A DNA stretch of 54,942 bases from positions 1-54,942 of IMG/VR virus record IMGVR_UViG_3300042923_000238. One strand, 5' to 3'. Under the pieces are notes generated by a model. That model did no database searches and had not been told where the DNA came from. It saw nothing but the letters and a program-made list of their open reading frames with translations. Numbering within the stretch: position 1 is the stretch's first letter; every line of letters begins with the position of its first letter. The translations under genes and the position numbers were made by a program. This DNA is from a virus. Taxonomy: Duplodnaviria > Caudoviricetes. Below are positions 1-9,349 of the stretch, one piece after another.

Positions 1-127
1 GCCCCTCCGTTCTCGTCGCCGGTCCACGGCGTCTCGCAGGCTGTGACCGTCAGGGAAGGTCACGCGCACCGGCTGTCGCGGGGCGGTGGTTGCCCCGAAG
101 GCCCGGCTAGCGTTCTCCCTCGCGAAG
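1..127. repeat. Terminal direct repeat (copy 1), assembly overlap of a circular contig
   Basis: 1-127 is identical to 54816-54942, and a minus-strand ORF reads through the join. Confidence 0.95.
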
Positions 128-561
128 CGAGACCCCTCCAGCTCGTACATTGACACCCCGTCGCGGCCCTTCGAGGTCCAGGGCACGTCGTCGTAGGGGA
201 TGTAGGCCCGGGAGTCGAAGCGCATCTGGCGGTCGACTACGGCGACGAGTCGCTCCAGGAGCACGTGGTACTCGCGATCGGTGAGCGTGCCCGTGGCGTC
301 CCAGTCCTGGCCGCGGATCACGCGCTCCAGTGCCACCTCGTCCACGTAGGGCGAGTAGGCGCGACGGTCCGTCAGGAGCTCCTGGATGCGCCCAGGCGCG
401 GCCTGGTCCGCCGTGTAGCCGTAGTCAGTTCGCAGGGCCTTCGCGATCCTACGAGCCTCCGGGCGCGAGGGTGCCTCGTCGATGTTGCCGACCTCAGCCC
501 ACACCTCGTAGACCGCCTCGACGAACTCCCAGTCGACCAGAGCCGCCCGCTTCCGGGTCAC
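1..561 (-). CDS. Hypothetical protein spanning the contig join (continues 54815..54792, about 194 aa)
   Basis: GTG at 561 overlaps the resolvase stop (GTGA). The frame MTRKRAALVDWEF... stays open across position 1 and ends at TGA 54794-54792. Absent from the ORF track. Confidence 0.75.
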   Translation of the reverse strand, partial: MTRKRAALVDWEFVEAVYEVWAEVGNIDEAPSRPEARRIAKALRTDYGYTADQAAPGRIQELLTDRRAYSPYVDEVALERVIRGQDWDATGTLTDREYHVLLERLVAVVDRQMRFDSRAYIPYDDVPWTSKGRDGVSMYELEGSRFARENASRAFGATTAPRQPVRVTFPDGHSLRDAVDRRRERRG

Positions 562-944
562 TGCTCCCACCCCTTGCCAATCTGGAGGTAGGCGTCGAGC
601 GTGGTGACCACGTAGGACTCGCCCACTGACTTGCCAGGACGCTTCACGACTGCGATGCCGTCCACCATGTGAGGGTCGAGCCCACGCTTGGTGAGGTAGT
701 TCTTGCGTTCCACCGCGGCCTCAGTCACGTAGCCGGAGAAGTTCATCTCCTTCTCGGCCTTGGCCTCGATCACCGTGTAGAGCGTCTCTCCGGCGACTCT
801 CTCGCGGAGCACGATGTCGCCCTCGTCAGCGACACCCGCAAGCCGAAGCCGCTCTGCGTCCCCGCCGAAGGATCGGAGGTAGGCAACGAGGTCCGACTCG
901 TACTGCGTTCCTCGCCTCTTGGCAGCTGCCTGCTTACTCGCCAT
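558..944 (-). CDS. Holliday junction resolvase (PD-(D/E)xK)
   Basis: KRRGTQYE, DEGDI and IEAK motifs; replication module context. Confidence 0.8.
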   Translation of the reverse strand: MASKQAAAKRRGTQYESDLVAYLRSFGGDAERLRLAGVADEGDIVLRERVAGETLYTVIEAKAEKEMNFSGYVTEAAVERKNYLTKRGLDPHMVDGIAVVKRPGKSVGESYVVTTLDAYLQIGKGWEQ

Positions 945-1044
945 GTCGCCCTCCCCGGCGCTTGAACTTCTGACGCATTCGGTCGATGAAGGAGAGCGCG
1001 AAGATCAGGCCGAAGCCCAGCCAGGACAGCTTCTCTTCTGACAA
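934..1044 (-). CDS. Small membrane protein (36 aa)
   Basis: TTG start inside the operator motif; MSEEKLSWLGFGLIFALSFIDRMRQKFKRRGGRHGE fills the gap between genes. Confidence 0.55.
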   Translation of the reverse strand: MSEEKLSWLGFGLIFALSFIDRMRQKFKRRGGRHGE

Positions 1045-1062
1045 CTCTACACACCTCGCTCT

Positions 1063-1854
1063 CTAGAACGCGTCGTATCGATTGCGCTCCGGGTCTGCCC
1101 GGAGACTTTGGTAGTGCATCGCGTTGGGGTCTTGCTTCCCCTCGCGCTGCTTGAGCAGCGCTACCCCGAACTCGTTCGTGTTGCTGTCGAGCCCTACTCC
1201 GAACACAACCTCCGGCTGCTCCGTCATGCCGTTCTTGATGGCAGCGACGGGCGGAGGCTGGACGGGGTTGAAGCCGCCCTTGTTCGTAGCGTGGTGCAGG
1301 ACCATCACCGTGGAGCCCGTGTTGCGGGCGAGCTCCGTGATGTTCTGCATGGCCTCCATCTGCATCCCGTAGTCGAACTGGCAGTCCTCGATGTCCTTGA
1401 GGTTGTCGAAGATGAACAGCTCGGGGATACGGTCGTAGACCTCGACGTGGGACTCGATATACTGGTCCACGTTGGACCAGGTGATCGGAGACCCGAACGA
1501 GAAGCCGATCCTCGACTGCTCCAGCGCCTTCGTGTACTTCTCGAACTCGCCGCGGTCGCGGGCGGCGTGCACCTCTGCGGTAGCGTCGCCCGTGTAGAAC
1601 GCGGCCATGCGAGCCGTGACTGTCGCTGCGGACATGTCAGCGGAGAAGTAGAGCGTCTCCAGGTTGGTCTTCATCGCCAGCCACAGAGCGAAGGCGCTCT
1701 TGCCAGCCCCAGGCCGTCCCGCAACCATGATGATCTGGCCGTGGGACAGCCTGAGGCCGAACTGAGAGTAGAGCTTCGAGAGTTCGGGGATGTGGGGGAG
1801 CGCTCGACCCTGCGATGAGCCTCTCGGGACGAAGGCCCGACTCGCTGTCAGCAA
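1063..1854 (-). CDS. DnaB/RecA-like helicase ATPase
   Basis: Walker A GRPGAGKS, YFSAD, IFDNL and LKQREG arginine finger. Confidence 0.85.
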   Translation of the reverse strand: MLTASRAFVPRGSSQGRALPHIPELSKLYSQFGLRLSHGQIIMVAGRPGAGKSAFALWLAMKTNLETLYFSADMSAATVTARMAAFYTGDATAEVHAARDRGEFEKYTKALEQSRIGFSFGSPITWSNVDQYIESHVEVYDRIPELFIFDNLKDIEDCQFDYGMQMEAMQNITELARNTGSTVMVLHHATNKGGFNPVQPPPVAAIKNGMTEQPEVVFGVGLDSNTNEFGVALLKQREGKQDPNAMHYQSLRADPERNRYDAF

Positions 1855-1867
1855 GCGCTACCCCCGA

Positions 1868-2266
1868 TCAGTCGTTGAGCAGGTTGTCGAAGTCAGAGTT
1901 GCGCCCCTCGACGTACTCCGCGATCTTGCTCTCGACGGCGGGGGAGACCGGGCGCCACACCCACGCGGGGTTACCCGCAGACGTGGGCACCTGGTCGAGC
2001 TTGGCGACCGTCATCTGGCCGAGGATGCCCTTGAGGTCGCGGACGAGGACCGAAGCCTCGATCTTCGCGCCCTGGAGAACCTCCTGGACCTCGTTGTCGC
2101 GGTCGAACACCGTGATGTCCGCCGTGAGGATGTCCTTGGGGCCGAACTTGCCCGCCACCTGGGGCTCGAAGTGAGTCGGCTCCAGGAGGAACGCTGCCGC
2201 CTGCTGATACTCAGCGGGCTTGAAGAACTTGCCGCCACCCTGGGGGAGCTTCGCGAACGTGCTCAT
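1868..2266 (-). CDS. Probable ssDNA-binding protein
   Basis: Start MSTFAKLPQGGGKFFKP; OB-like protein with acidic tail, located between exonuclease and helicase. Confidence 0.55.
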   Translation of the reverse strand: MSTFAKLPQGGGKFFKPAEYQQAAAFLLEPTHFEPQVAGKFGPKDILTADITVFDRDNEVQEVLQGAKIEASVLVRDLKGILGQMTVAKLDQVPTSAGNPAWVWRPVSPAVESKIAEYVEGRNSDFDNLLND

Positions 2267-2270
2267 GCTT

Positions 2271-2516
2271 CTAGTTGTCCCTCTCGTTGGTCTTGCTCTC
2301 GTTGTACTGCTCGTCCCGCGTGCTGTCAACTCTACACACGCCCTGCTTGTGGTTGGCGATCTCAACCGCCTGGAGGCGCACCGTGGTTGCGAGCGCCTGA
2401 GCAATCGCCTCGGACTCCTCCAGGGCATCAGCCTTCTCCTGGTACGCGCGGTGCCAGGCGTTGCGCTCAGCCTCTGCGATGTAGAGCTGCTCGCGGAGTC
2501 GTCGCCTGGAGGTCAC
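2271..2516 (-). CDS. Hypothetical coiled-coil protein
   Basis: GTGA-coupled ORF. Confidence 0.55.
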   Translation of the reverse strand: MTSRRRLREQLYIAEAERNAWHRAYQEKADALEESEAIAQALATTVRLQAVEIANHKQGVCRVDSTRDEQYNESKTNERDN

Positions 2517-2752
2517 GCGGGCTCCTTCGTCCACCAGATGTAGTCACCCGGCTTGTTGAACAGCGCACGAACGCCGATCACGAGCGTCACGGACTCCAGG
2601 TAGCCCAGGTCCGGAACGAACCCGACGACGCGAGCCGCGACCGTGACGACGAGTCCAGCCAGGAAGTAGCCCAGCACCAGGGCGATGTAGTAGGCGAGGA
2701 ATTCCGCGCCCTTCTTGACGGGGCGAACCACCTGCACGTTGACGACGCTCAC
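2513..2752 (-). CDS. Membrane protein
   Basis: Two hydrophobic segments; GTGA coupling. Confidence 0.6.
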   Translation of the reverse strand: MSVVNVQVVRPVKKGAEFLAYYIALVLGYFLAGLVVTVAARVVGFVPDLGYLESVTLVIGVRALFNKPGDYIWWTKEPA

Positions 2753-3249
2753 GAGACCTCCTTCGCCCGCGCCCGCAGCGCGTCCTTGTACTTGTCCTGC
2801 TTGAAGAGCTCCACGTTGGCAGCGTGCAGGCTGCGCAGCGCGGTCTTGGACTCGGCCTTCTCGATGGCCTCCAGGAGCTCGTCCTTGCCGAGACCCTGGT
2901 CCGGCTCGGGCTGGCCCTTGGCCGACTCCCACGGGTCGTCCTCTACGACCTCGCCGTCCAGCCCCTTGACCACGTTCTCCACGGCCTGCTCGGGCGTGGG
3001 TGCGTCGTCGGCAGGCGCGAGCCCCTTGCTAAGCGGCTTGACCTTGTTCGGGTCGATGCCCTTCCAGGATCGCTCGGCCTGCGCCACCAGGTCCGGCAGC
3101 GAGTCGTCCTCGTTGAGCCCGAAGCTATCGGCTAGAGCCTTGCGAACCCCGCGAGCAGTGCCCCGCACCACGTACCAGGGTCCGTCCTGTGCGTATCTCT
3201 CGGACTCGCGGCGCTTGATGGTCACGGAGACCTCAGCGACTTCCGTCAT
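2749..3249 (-). CDS. Hypothetical protein of the recombination module
   Basis: ATG with SD; MTEVAEVSVTIK...GPWYVVRG. Confidence 0.65.
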   Translation of the reverse strand: MTEVAEVSVTIKRRESERYAQDGPWYVVRGTARGVRKALADSFGLNEDDSLPDLVAQAERSWKGIDPNKVKPLSKGLAPADDAPTPEQAVENVVKGLDGEVVEDDPWESAKGQPEPDQGLGKDELLEAIEKAESKTALRSLHAANVELFKQDKYKDALRARAKEVS

Positions 3250-3314
3250 CCGGCTTCCCCTCTCTCGTTGTCGTGCAGGGCTAGTTGTACACCCTTGACT
3301 GCACTCTGTCAACT

Positions 3315-4211
3315 CTACACAACTGGCGGAACCGACTTGGCCTGCCTGTAGAGCGAGACCCCGCGCTGCGTAGCCTGGCGCCGGGCGATGCGCACGCCGC
3401 TCTCGGTGTCCACGTACTGCGCGTTGCCGACCTCCTTGAGCACGTTGGCACGAGCCAGGCGCTCACGGGCTTCAGCGGCCTTCAGGGACAGCGCTGCGTC
3501 CACGTACTCCGCCGCGAGGAAGTTGTCGATCACGGCAACCTGCCCCTCAGCGATGTCACGGTTGAGCTTGGCGAACACGGCGACCGTGGCCTTGTGGTCG
3601 TCGAGGGGCGGCGGCTCGTCTCCCGCCAGGGAGTCGTAGAACGCCTTCACCCTCTCCAGGACCAGGCCGAGGTCGACCTCCAGCTCGTTGCGGTGCAGGA
3701 CGTACTCCCGGAAGTCCAGGAACGGTCCCAGCACCGGGACGTAGATCGTCTCCACCTCAGGTGCGCAGATGAACTGCCACCACACCTGAGCCTTGTAGTG
3801 CTGCGGGATCTGGTCGGTGCCCTCCTGGCCCCAGCCGTCCCACCTGGACGTGGACTTCGCCTCGACGCCCGCGTACGAGACCTCGACCTCGTTGTAGGCC
3901 AGACCATCGAGCGTTGCGATACCCCAGTCCTCGTGCCAGCGGGTCACCTGGGTCTCCAGTGACCATGACTCGCCATCGCCGCCATGCTTGTGATGGAGCC
4001 ACCAGTTGAGGATCGCATCCTCAAGCAGGTTGCCTCGCACCATCGCATCCGACGTGACGGTCTCTCGCTCGACGAGTCCCTTCATCTCCACCCACGTCGA
4101 CAGGGGACTGGCCCACGGGCTGAGCCCGAGGATCGCAGGCACCTTCGACGCGGAGACGAGCTTGCTCCACGCCTCTGAGCCAGGGCGCAAGTCAAGTTCA
4201 GCCACAGTCAA
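3315..4211 (-). CDS. YqaJ/RecE-like exonuclease
   Basis: SASKVPAILGLSPW, RGNLLE, ATLDG, VEAKS and YKAQVWWQ; TTG start after GGAGG. Confidence 0.9.
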   Translation of the reverse strand: MTVAELDLRPGSEAWSKLVSASKVPAILGLSPWASPLSTWVEMKGLVERETVTSDAMVRGNLLEDAILNWWLHHKHGGDGESWSLETQVTRWHEDWGIATLDGLAYNEVEVSYAGVEAKSTSRWDGWGQEGTDQIPQHYKAQVWWQFICAPEVETIYVPVLGPFLDFREYVLHRNELEVDLGLVLERVKAFYDSLAGDEPPPLDDHKATVAVFAKLNRDIAEGQVAVIDNFLAAEYVDAALSLKAAEARERLARANVLKEVGNAQYVDTESGVRIARRQATQRGVSLYRQAKSVPPVV

Positions 4212-4827
4212 GAGTACACACCTCCACGTGCTTCCAGTTCTTCCCCTGCACAATGTGCGCGATAGTGCTGCGGTGGACCCCCAGCTCCGCGGCTATGGCG
4301 TACTGGGAACCGCCGTCGTCCCGCATCTGCCACACCCTGCGCACGTCCTGCTCAGTGAGCTTGGAATGTGGCAGGTTAGAGCCAAGACGAGTGCGCCCTC
4401 GCTTATCACGGTCGGCGCCGTTGTCTCCATGCGTCCCGACCTCAAGGTGGCCTGGATTCACACAAGGTGGGTTGTCGCACTTGTGGCGGACGACCATGCC
4501 CTCGGGGATGGGGCCGTGGTGGAACTCGTAGGACATCCGGTGTGCCCGTATGGCACTAGACACCCCGTCAGGATGTCCTAACACGCCATAGCCGTCCGGT
4601 CTCCGAGCGCCACCCCACTCCCAACAAGCCTCGTCTGGCAGTCCAGCAGGGAGGTTCCTCCAAAACCTCGCTTCCAGGCTGCCGCGTCTGCGGCTGTGGC
4701 CCGCCACGTACCGGGTCGGCTGCCCCTCGATGTTGCCGTTCCTCGTTCGCGTCGCAAGCGGAGTCCTCTCACCGCAGCCGCAGCCGCAGGCTCCGGGGCT
4801 CAGGTCTACCTCTGTCGCTACTCCCAT
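4198..4827 (-). CDS. HNH homing endonuclease
   Basis: CGCGCG N-terminus, CWEW, AHRMSY, RHKCDNPPCVNPGHL and a C-terminal HTH. Confidence 0.9.
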   Translation of the reverse strand: MGVATEVDLSPGACGCGCGERTPLATRTRNGNIEGQPTRYVAGHSRRRGSLEARFWRNLPAGLPDEACWEWGGARRPDGYGVLGHPDGVSSAIRAHRMSYEFHHGPIPEGMVVRHKCDNPPCVNPGHLEVGTHGDNGADRDKRGRTRLGSNLPHSKLTEQDVRRVWQMRDDGGSQYAIAAELGVHRSTIAHIVQGKNWKHVEVCTLDCG

Positions 4828-5078
4828 CCGCTCCCTCTCTGGATCTCGACGGGCGCCAGCCAGTACCGCACTGCCCCGTCCTCCTGCTCTTCTACTGGCA
4901 TGTCCTCTTCGTCAAGCACTTCGAGCCCCTGCTCGCTCCGCAGCATCTCGAACACCTTCGTGAGATCGCTGCCTGCGGCATCCGGGTAGCAGTCCAGGTA
5001 CATCGTGGCCCCCTGCCAGTCGATCACTGCGCAGATGCCGGGTGCGAGTTCCTGGACGGGCTCCTCAATTCGGGTCAT
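4818..5078 (-). CDS. Hypothetical acidic protein
   Basis: ORF with SD; first gene of the leftward replication operon. Confidence 0.6.
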   Translation of the reverse strand: MTRIEEPVQELAPGICAVIDWQGATMYLDCYPDAAGSDLTKVFEMLRSEQGLEVLDEEDMPVEEQEDGAVRYWLAPVEIQRGSGWE

Positions 5079-5141
5079 GAGTCCGTCCTCGTGTGTGTAG
5101 TCTTGTCACCGACGTGACAAAGATGTATCACGACACGAAGA

Positions 5142-5192
5142 GGCGCCGCAAGTCCCGAGCGGGTGAAAGAACCTGCCAGGGCTTGCGGCGCC
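5142..5192 (-). terminator. Stem-loop downstream of the repressor
   Basis: GGCGCCGCAAG / CTTGCGGCGCC inverted repeat. Confidence 0.6.
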
Positions 5193-5234
5193 GGGTGAAG
5201 TGTAGCTAGGGGCGCTGGGCGCAAGGGACCAAGG

Positions 5235-5705
5235 TCACTCGTTCCCACCCCTTCGTTCTGTCTTGGCAGGCACGCGCACCAGGTCTGTGTCGATCCCCTC
5301 GCGCGCGGGAACCAGCCGGAAGCCAGGGTGCAGCTCGGGCTCGTAGTGGACCACGAGGCGAGACCCGTGCTTCTCGCTCAGTTCGGCAATCTTGGACATC
5401 CAGGACTCCAGCCGCTCGGGCTTGTCGCCCTTCAGCGGCTTGCCTGCTCGCCTGCGCGCTTCCTGGGTCAGCATGATGTAGTGCTGCTCCCTGCGGTGCT
5501 CTGGCTTGACTGACCAGGGCACCAGCGTCGTGTCGCTCACAAAGCGAGCCGGTAGGCCCAAGCGTCTTCGGTAGTTGCTGAACATCGTCGGCGTAGTCTC
5601 AATGTGGTACTTGCGTGCGTACTCCTCGACCATCCAGTTGTAGGTCTTGCCCTGCTCGTACCAGCGGCGGAACTCCGACTCGTTCTGCATCTTCGGCGTG
5701 GGCAC
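5235..5705 (-). CDS. Immunity repressor (Cluster A / L5 gp71-like)
   Basis: N-terminal HTH, VPWSVKPEH, EARRRAG, and C-terminal VVHYEP...GFRLVPAREGIDTDLVRVP typical of this family. Confidence 0.8.
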   Translation of the reverse strand: MPTPKMQNESEFRRWYEQGKTYNWMVEEYARKYHIETTPTMFSNYRRRLGLPARFVSDTTLVPWSVKPEHRREQHYIMLTQEARRRAGKPLKGDKPERLESWMSKIAELSEKHGSRLVVHYEPELHPGFRLVPAREGIDTDLVRVPAKTERRGGNE

Positions 5706-5866
5706 TTCACACCCCCTCTCTGCGCTCGTGTGTATGCTGTGTTTGCACGTCCTCAGAGTGTCAGTTGTGCATGATGCTGTCAAACACACAGAGGGTGGAT
5801 TTTCGATACGGGTGCAAGTTGTGCGCCCGTTCGATATGGTGCGCCGAGGAGGAGGAGGTGAGAGTC

Positions 5867-6115
5867 ATGGCACGCAGGCAGATCGTAGTCTGTGACGTGT
5901 GCGAGCGGGTGGACAGAACGACCACCAAGTACCGCGTCTGGAGGGACGGCCTCCGAGTCACCATCGAGCTCTGCGCGGAGCACGGGAAGCCGCTGGAGTC
6001 CGTGCTGGCGAAGGCCAGTGCCGAGCGGGGCGGCAAGCCTCGCATCGAGGACACGGTGACGACGATGGACGCACTTGCCGAGGAGAGAGATAGGTCGCTC
6101 CAGGGCGCTCGGTGA
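5867..6115 (+). CDS. Lsr2 dimerisation-domain-like small protein with a CxxC...CxxH zinc site
   Basis: MARRQIVVCDVC...DGLRVTIELCAEHGKPL parallels the Lsr2 N-terminal domain; very strong SD; divergent from the repressor. Confidence 0.55.
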   Translation: MARRQIVVCDVCERVDRTTTKYRVWRDGLRVTIELCAEHGKPLESVLAKASAERGGKPRIEDTVTTMDALAEERDRSLQGAR

Positions 6116-6125
6116 GACACGAAAA

Positions 6126-6184
6126 TGAGCCCCACCCCTAGCCGCGTGTTCCTGTGTCCAGGCTGCGGATAGAGGTGGGGCTCA
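6126..6184 (-). terminator. Terminator at the end of the late operon (probably bidirectional)
   Basis: TGAGCCCCACC / GGTGGGGCTCA stem followed by TTTT on the minus strand. Confidence 0.7.
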
Positions 6185-6191
6185 GTGGTGC

Positions 6192-8192
6192 TCAGGCGTG
6201 GGCGACTTCAGACCCAGACTGCATGACGGCCCAGGTCGTGACGGGGACCTCGACGCCGCCCTGCATCACGGTCCAAGTGGTTTCGACCTCAGATCCCGAG
6301 GAGGTGACCTTGGGCTTGCCACCCGCAGGAGGCTCCGTCGTGTCGACGTTGACCGTCAGCGTGACTCGCTGAGTGTTCGTCGAGTCGTAGCCTCGATAGA
6401 CGAGGGAGATCGCAGACCCGTCGTCCGTAACGTTGACGAAGCCGTACTGCTGCACAGCGGGTGACTCGGGCGCCCAGATGCCCTGCGACCAGTCCGTGCT
6501 CGGGCTGGAGGTCTTGACCGACGCCCACTGCCCGAACGGGGCAGCCGCCATGAGCGGGAAGCCGCCCCATGGGTTGTGCGACCCGTCGTCTGCGGCGAGG
6601 GCATGCTGATCGCCCATGAGCATGACGACCTGACCGACGGCGGACGACTGGATGTAGTTGCCGATCTCGGTGCGCTCGGCGTTGAACCACTGCCACGTGT
6701 CGTCGCCAAGGACGGCAGGCCGGTCGTCGATCCAAGTGCCTTCCTGCACGATGATCTTAACCGGCTCGTCCTCGACCAGCTCGTCCTTCAGCCAGGCGAG
6801 CTGCGTGGCCCCGAGTCGGGTCGACCCATCCGGCGCTGCGAAGTAGCGCGTGTCCAGGACGATGAACCGGATACGGCCCACCACGAAGGAGTGGTAGAGG
6901 CCGTTGCTGTCAGGGCGTGTGTACGTCGGGAACGTCTGGAGGTGTGCCGCCCGGTTGCCAGGCGTCTGCGCCCCCGGAAAGGACCCGTTGTCTCCCGTGT
7001 CGTGGTCCGACTTGGAGTAGATCGTCGGGACGTTCGCCATCAGGGCCTTCAGCCCGGAGAGCTGGTTGATCTGGGTGGCGAGGTCGTTCAGGTGCGACGC
7101 CTGCGACGACGAGGTGTTGTCAGCGTAGTGGAAGTCACCCAGGTGGAAGAAGAGCCGCGGGCTCCTCGCGGAGATGCGGGTGAACGCCGCGCTGCTCGTG
7201 GTCTCGTCGTACTTGTGACAGGACCCGAAGCCGAAGGAGAACGACTCAGGTGTGCCCGGAGTGGGCAGCGTCTTGAACGGACCGAACGTGGACGACAGGA
7301 CGGTCCCGCCAGGGCCGGTGAGTTCCACCTGGCCGTAGTACGTGCCAAGCGGGCTCAGGCCAGTCACCGAGGCTCCAGCGGTGCCGTCACTGTCGGTGGA
7401 CTGAGACGACGACCAGACGACACCAGCAGTGACGCCGGAGTTGGTCCCGACCTTCAGCCGGATCGAGGTGGTGTCCGAGCCGCGAGCGCGAACCGATACT
7501 CCCGTGTCCGTCAGCGCGCCGAGCACGCTGTACAGGAGCGCCGGGGAGGCTGCCGCTGCCTGCGGGCGCAGCGCGAGCTGCCACCCGAGGGTGTTGAGCG
7601 AAGTGGACGGAGTGGTGCCGAACGAGACCGTGCCGGTTGACCCCGCGGTCGCCTGGACGCCCTTGGTGGCGATGGCGCCAACAGCCTGCGTCGCTGTCGA
7701 TCGGATCGTCCACGTGCCCGGCACGGTGACCGAGTTGGACGACGACCCAACCGTGAGGCCACCCACGATGAAGGCGTTCGCGACCGTCGTGGTGATCGCA
7801 GGGACCACGTTCGGTGTCGGGTTCGCATGGTTCGCCGTGGATGACACGTTCAGGGGTGACGTCGTGTCTACGCCCCGGAACCTGGCCCACGCCACCGAGC
7901 CGACCGTCGCGCCCGACATGACGATGGGGACCGCCGACGTGGACGACGACGTGGCCTTCCACAAGAGCACGGTCAAGTGCCGGTCCGCGGTCGTGAGCTC
8001 GGCCTTGTTGATCGCGACAGTCAGACTGCCGAGCGCCGTTCCACCCACCGACGTGACGCTCGTGTTGTCGCGGTGCGCGATCATGACAACGAACCAGTCG
8101 TCGGCCGCAACCCCCGCATCGGGGGTAAACGACCACGATGCAGTCGATGTCGAGAACGGGGTCGAACTACCACCCTCGTAGGTGATTGCCAC
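6192..8192 (-). CDS. Minor tail / virion protein with a PhoD-like phosphodiesterase domain
   Basis: Ser/Thr-rich beta N-terminus, then FGSC, HLGDFHYAD, SDHD, LDTRYF, LGATQLAWL, DTW and MGDQH PhoD motifs. Confidence 0.8.
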   Translation of the reverse strand: MAITYEGGSSTPFSTSTASWSFTPDAGVAADDWFVVMIAHRDNTSVTSVGGTALGSLTVAINKAELTTADRHLTVLLWKATSSSTSAVPIVMSGATVGSVAWARFRGVDTTSPLNVSSTANHANPTPNVVPAITTTVANAFIVGGLTVGSSSNSVTVPGTWTIRSTATQAVGAIATKGVQATAGSTGTVSFGTTPSTSLNTLGWQLALRPQAAAASPALLYSVLGALTDTGVSVRARGSDTTSIRLKVGTNSGVTAGVVWSSSQSTDSDGTAGASVTGLSPLGTYYGQVELTGPGGTVLSSTFGPFKTLPTPGTPESFSFGFGSCHKYDETTSSAAFTRISARSPRLFFHLGDFHYADNTSSSQASHLNDLATQINQLSGLKALMANVPTIYSKSDHDTGDNGSFPGAQTPGNRAAHLQTFPTYTRPDSNGLYHSFVVGRIRFIVLDTRYFAAPDGSTRLGATQLAWLKDELVEDEPVKIIVQEGTWIDDRPAVLGDDTWQWFNAERTEIGNYIQSSAVGQVVMLMGDQHALAADDGSHNPWGGFPLMAAAPFGQWASVKTSSPSTDWSQGIWAPESPAVQQYGFVNVTDDGSAISLVYRGYDSTNTQRVTLTVNVDTTEPPAGGKPKVTSSGSEVETTWTVMQGGVEVPVTTWAVMQSGSEVAHA

Positions 8193-8210
8193 GGCTAGGC
8201 TCCCTCAGGG

Positions 8211-9110
8211 TCAGGCGGTTCGGGCGATGAGCGTTCCGTCGGGCAGACCTGACGTGGAGCTCGGGTTGACGACGATGGCGTTGCCGCGCAGGGCCGTCGT
8301 GGACGTGGTGCCGAGCGCGAGGCTGGACGTGCCAGCGCCGATCGCGGTCCGCACAGCCGCCGCGGTCGTGGCCCCCATGACGGTGCGCCCGACCGATCCG
8401 GTGTCGGAGATGTCGGCGGAGACGAGAGTCACGTCGCCGGTCTTCCCGGCCACCTTCGTCACCGCTGCGCCGCCGAGGCTGTCAAGGATCGCCTGGAGCC
8501 CGGTGATCGTGGCGATGGCCTGCGTGCCCGTGTGGTTGGCGCGGTTGCGGTCGTTGGACGACTGCGCCGAGGCGGCGTTGTTGACCATCGTGTCGACCTG
8601 CGACTTGGTGTAGTACCGGGCATCGCCGCGCGAGTCGTTGTGGTACTGAGGGTGGTCGTCGTCCGCCAGGCCCGACAGGGCGCCGTGGTCGGAGACGCCG
8701 CCAGGCCCACCGCCTCCAGTGACGGTGACGTTCCCGGACTCGTCGGGCGGAGTGTTGTTCACGAAGCGCACCACGCCCGCCACCAGCGAGTTGATGTGCG
8801 CCGCCGAATCCGCCGCAGACGCGGCAGCCTGCTCGGCGGCATCGCGCATCGCCTTGGGCGAGGAGAGCGGGATGGCGTACGAGCCGGAACGCCAGATGAC
8901 CTCAGGGTGATCCTCGACTCGGAAGGAGTCGGTGATCCCCTGGTCCGTCGTCTTGATCTCCGACAGCGGAATGCCGTTGAGATCCGTGACGGAGAGCGGC
9001 GTGGTGCCGCTCGTGTCGTTGATGTCGTACACCTGCCCACTCGCACCCCGAACCAGCGTCTCCGTGGTGGGGTCAAGGGCGGGGTACGAGGGGAAGGTGT
9101 ACGTGGTCAA
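8211..9110 (-). CDS. Minor tail / fibre protein
   Basis: DHGALSGLADDDHPQY, RANHTGTQ and VAGKTGDVTL fibre motifs. Confidence 0.8.
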   Translation of the reverse strand: MTTYTFPSYPALDPTTETLVRGASGQVYDINDTSGTTPLSVTDLNGIPLSEIKTTDQGITDSFRVEDHPEVIWRSGSYAIPLSSPKAMRDAAEQAAASAADSAAHINSLVAGVVRFVNNTPPDESGNVTVTGGGGPGGVSDHGALSGLADDDHPQYHNDSRGDARYYTKSQVDTMVNNAASAQSSNDRNRANHTGTQAIATITGLQAILDSLGGAAVTKVAGKTGDVTLVSADISDTGSVGRTVMGATTAAAVRTAIGAGTSSLALGTTSTTALRGNAIVVNPSSTSGLPDGTLIARTA

Positions 9111-9111
9111 G

Positions 9112-9348
9112 TCAGACCTCCGAGTGCTTACCCTTGAGCTCCACCGTCTTCACGCGGGAGGGAAGGGACTTGACGAATGCAATGATCGTGGTGACGAGAC
9201 CGGCGATAACCTCCGCCTGGTCGAGCACCGCATTGACGAGAGTCGTTGCCTCGTTGGAGGTGGTCTCGTCAATGACGCCGAGCACGACTGCGATGGAGAG
9301 TCCTGCGGCGACAACGCCGTAGACCTTGTTACGAACTGCCTGGGACAT
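9112..9348 (-). CDS. Holin
   Basis: Two TM helices (VRNKVYGVVAAGLSIAVVLGVID), directly after the endolysin. Confidence 0.75.
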   Translation of the reverse strand: MSQAVRNKVYGVVAAGLSIAVVLGVIDETTSNEATTLVNAVLDQAEVIAGLVTTIIAFVKSLPSRVKTVELKGKHSEV

Positions 9349-9349
9349 G

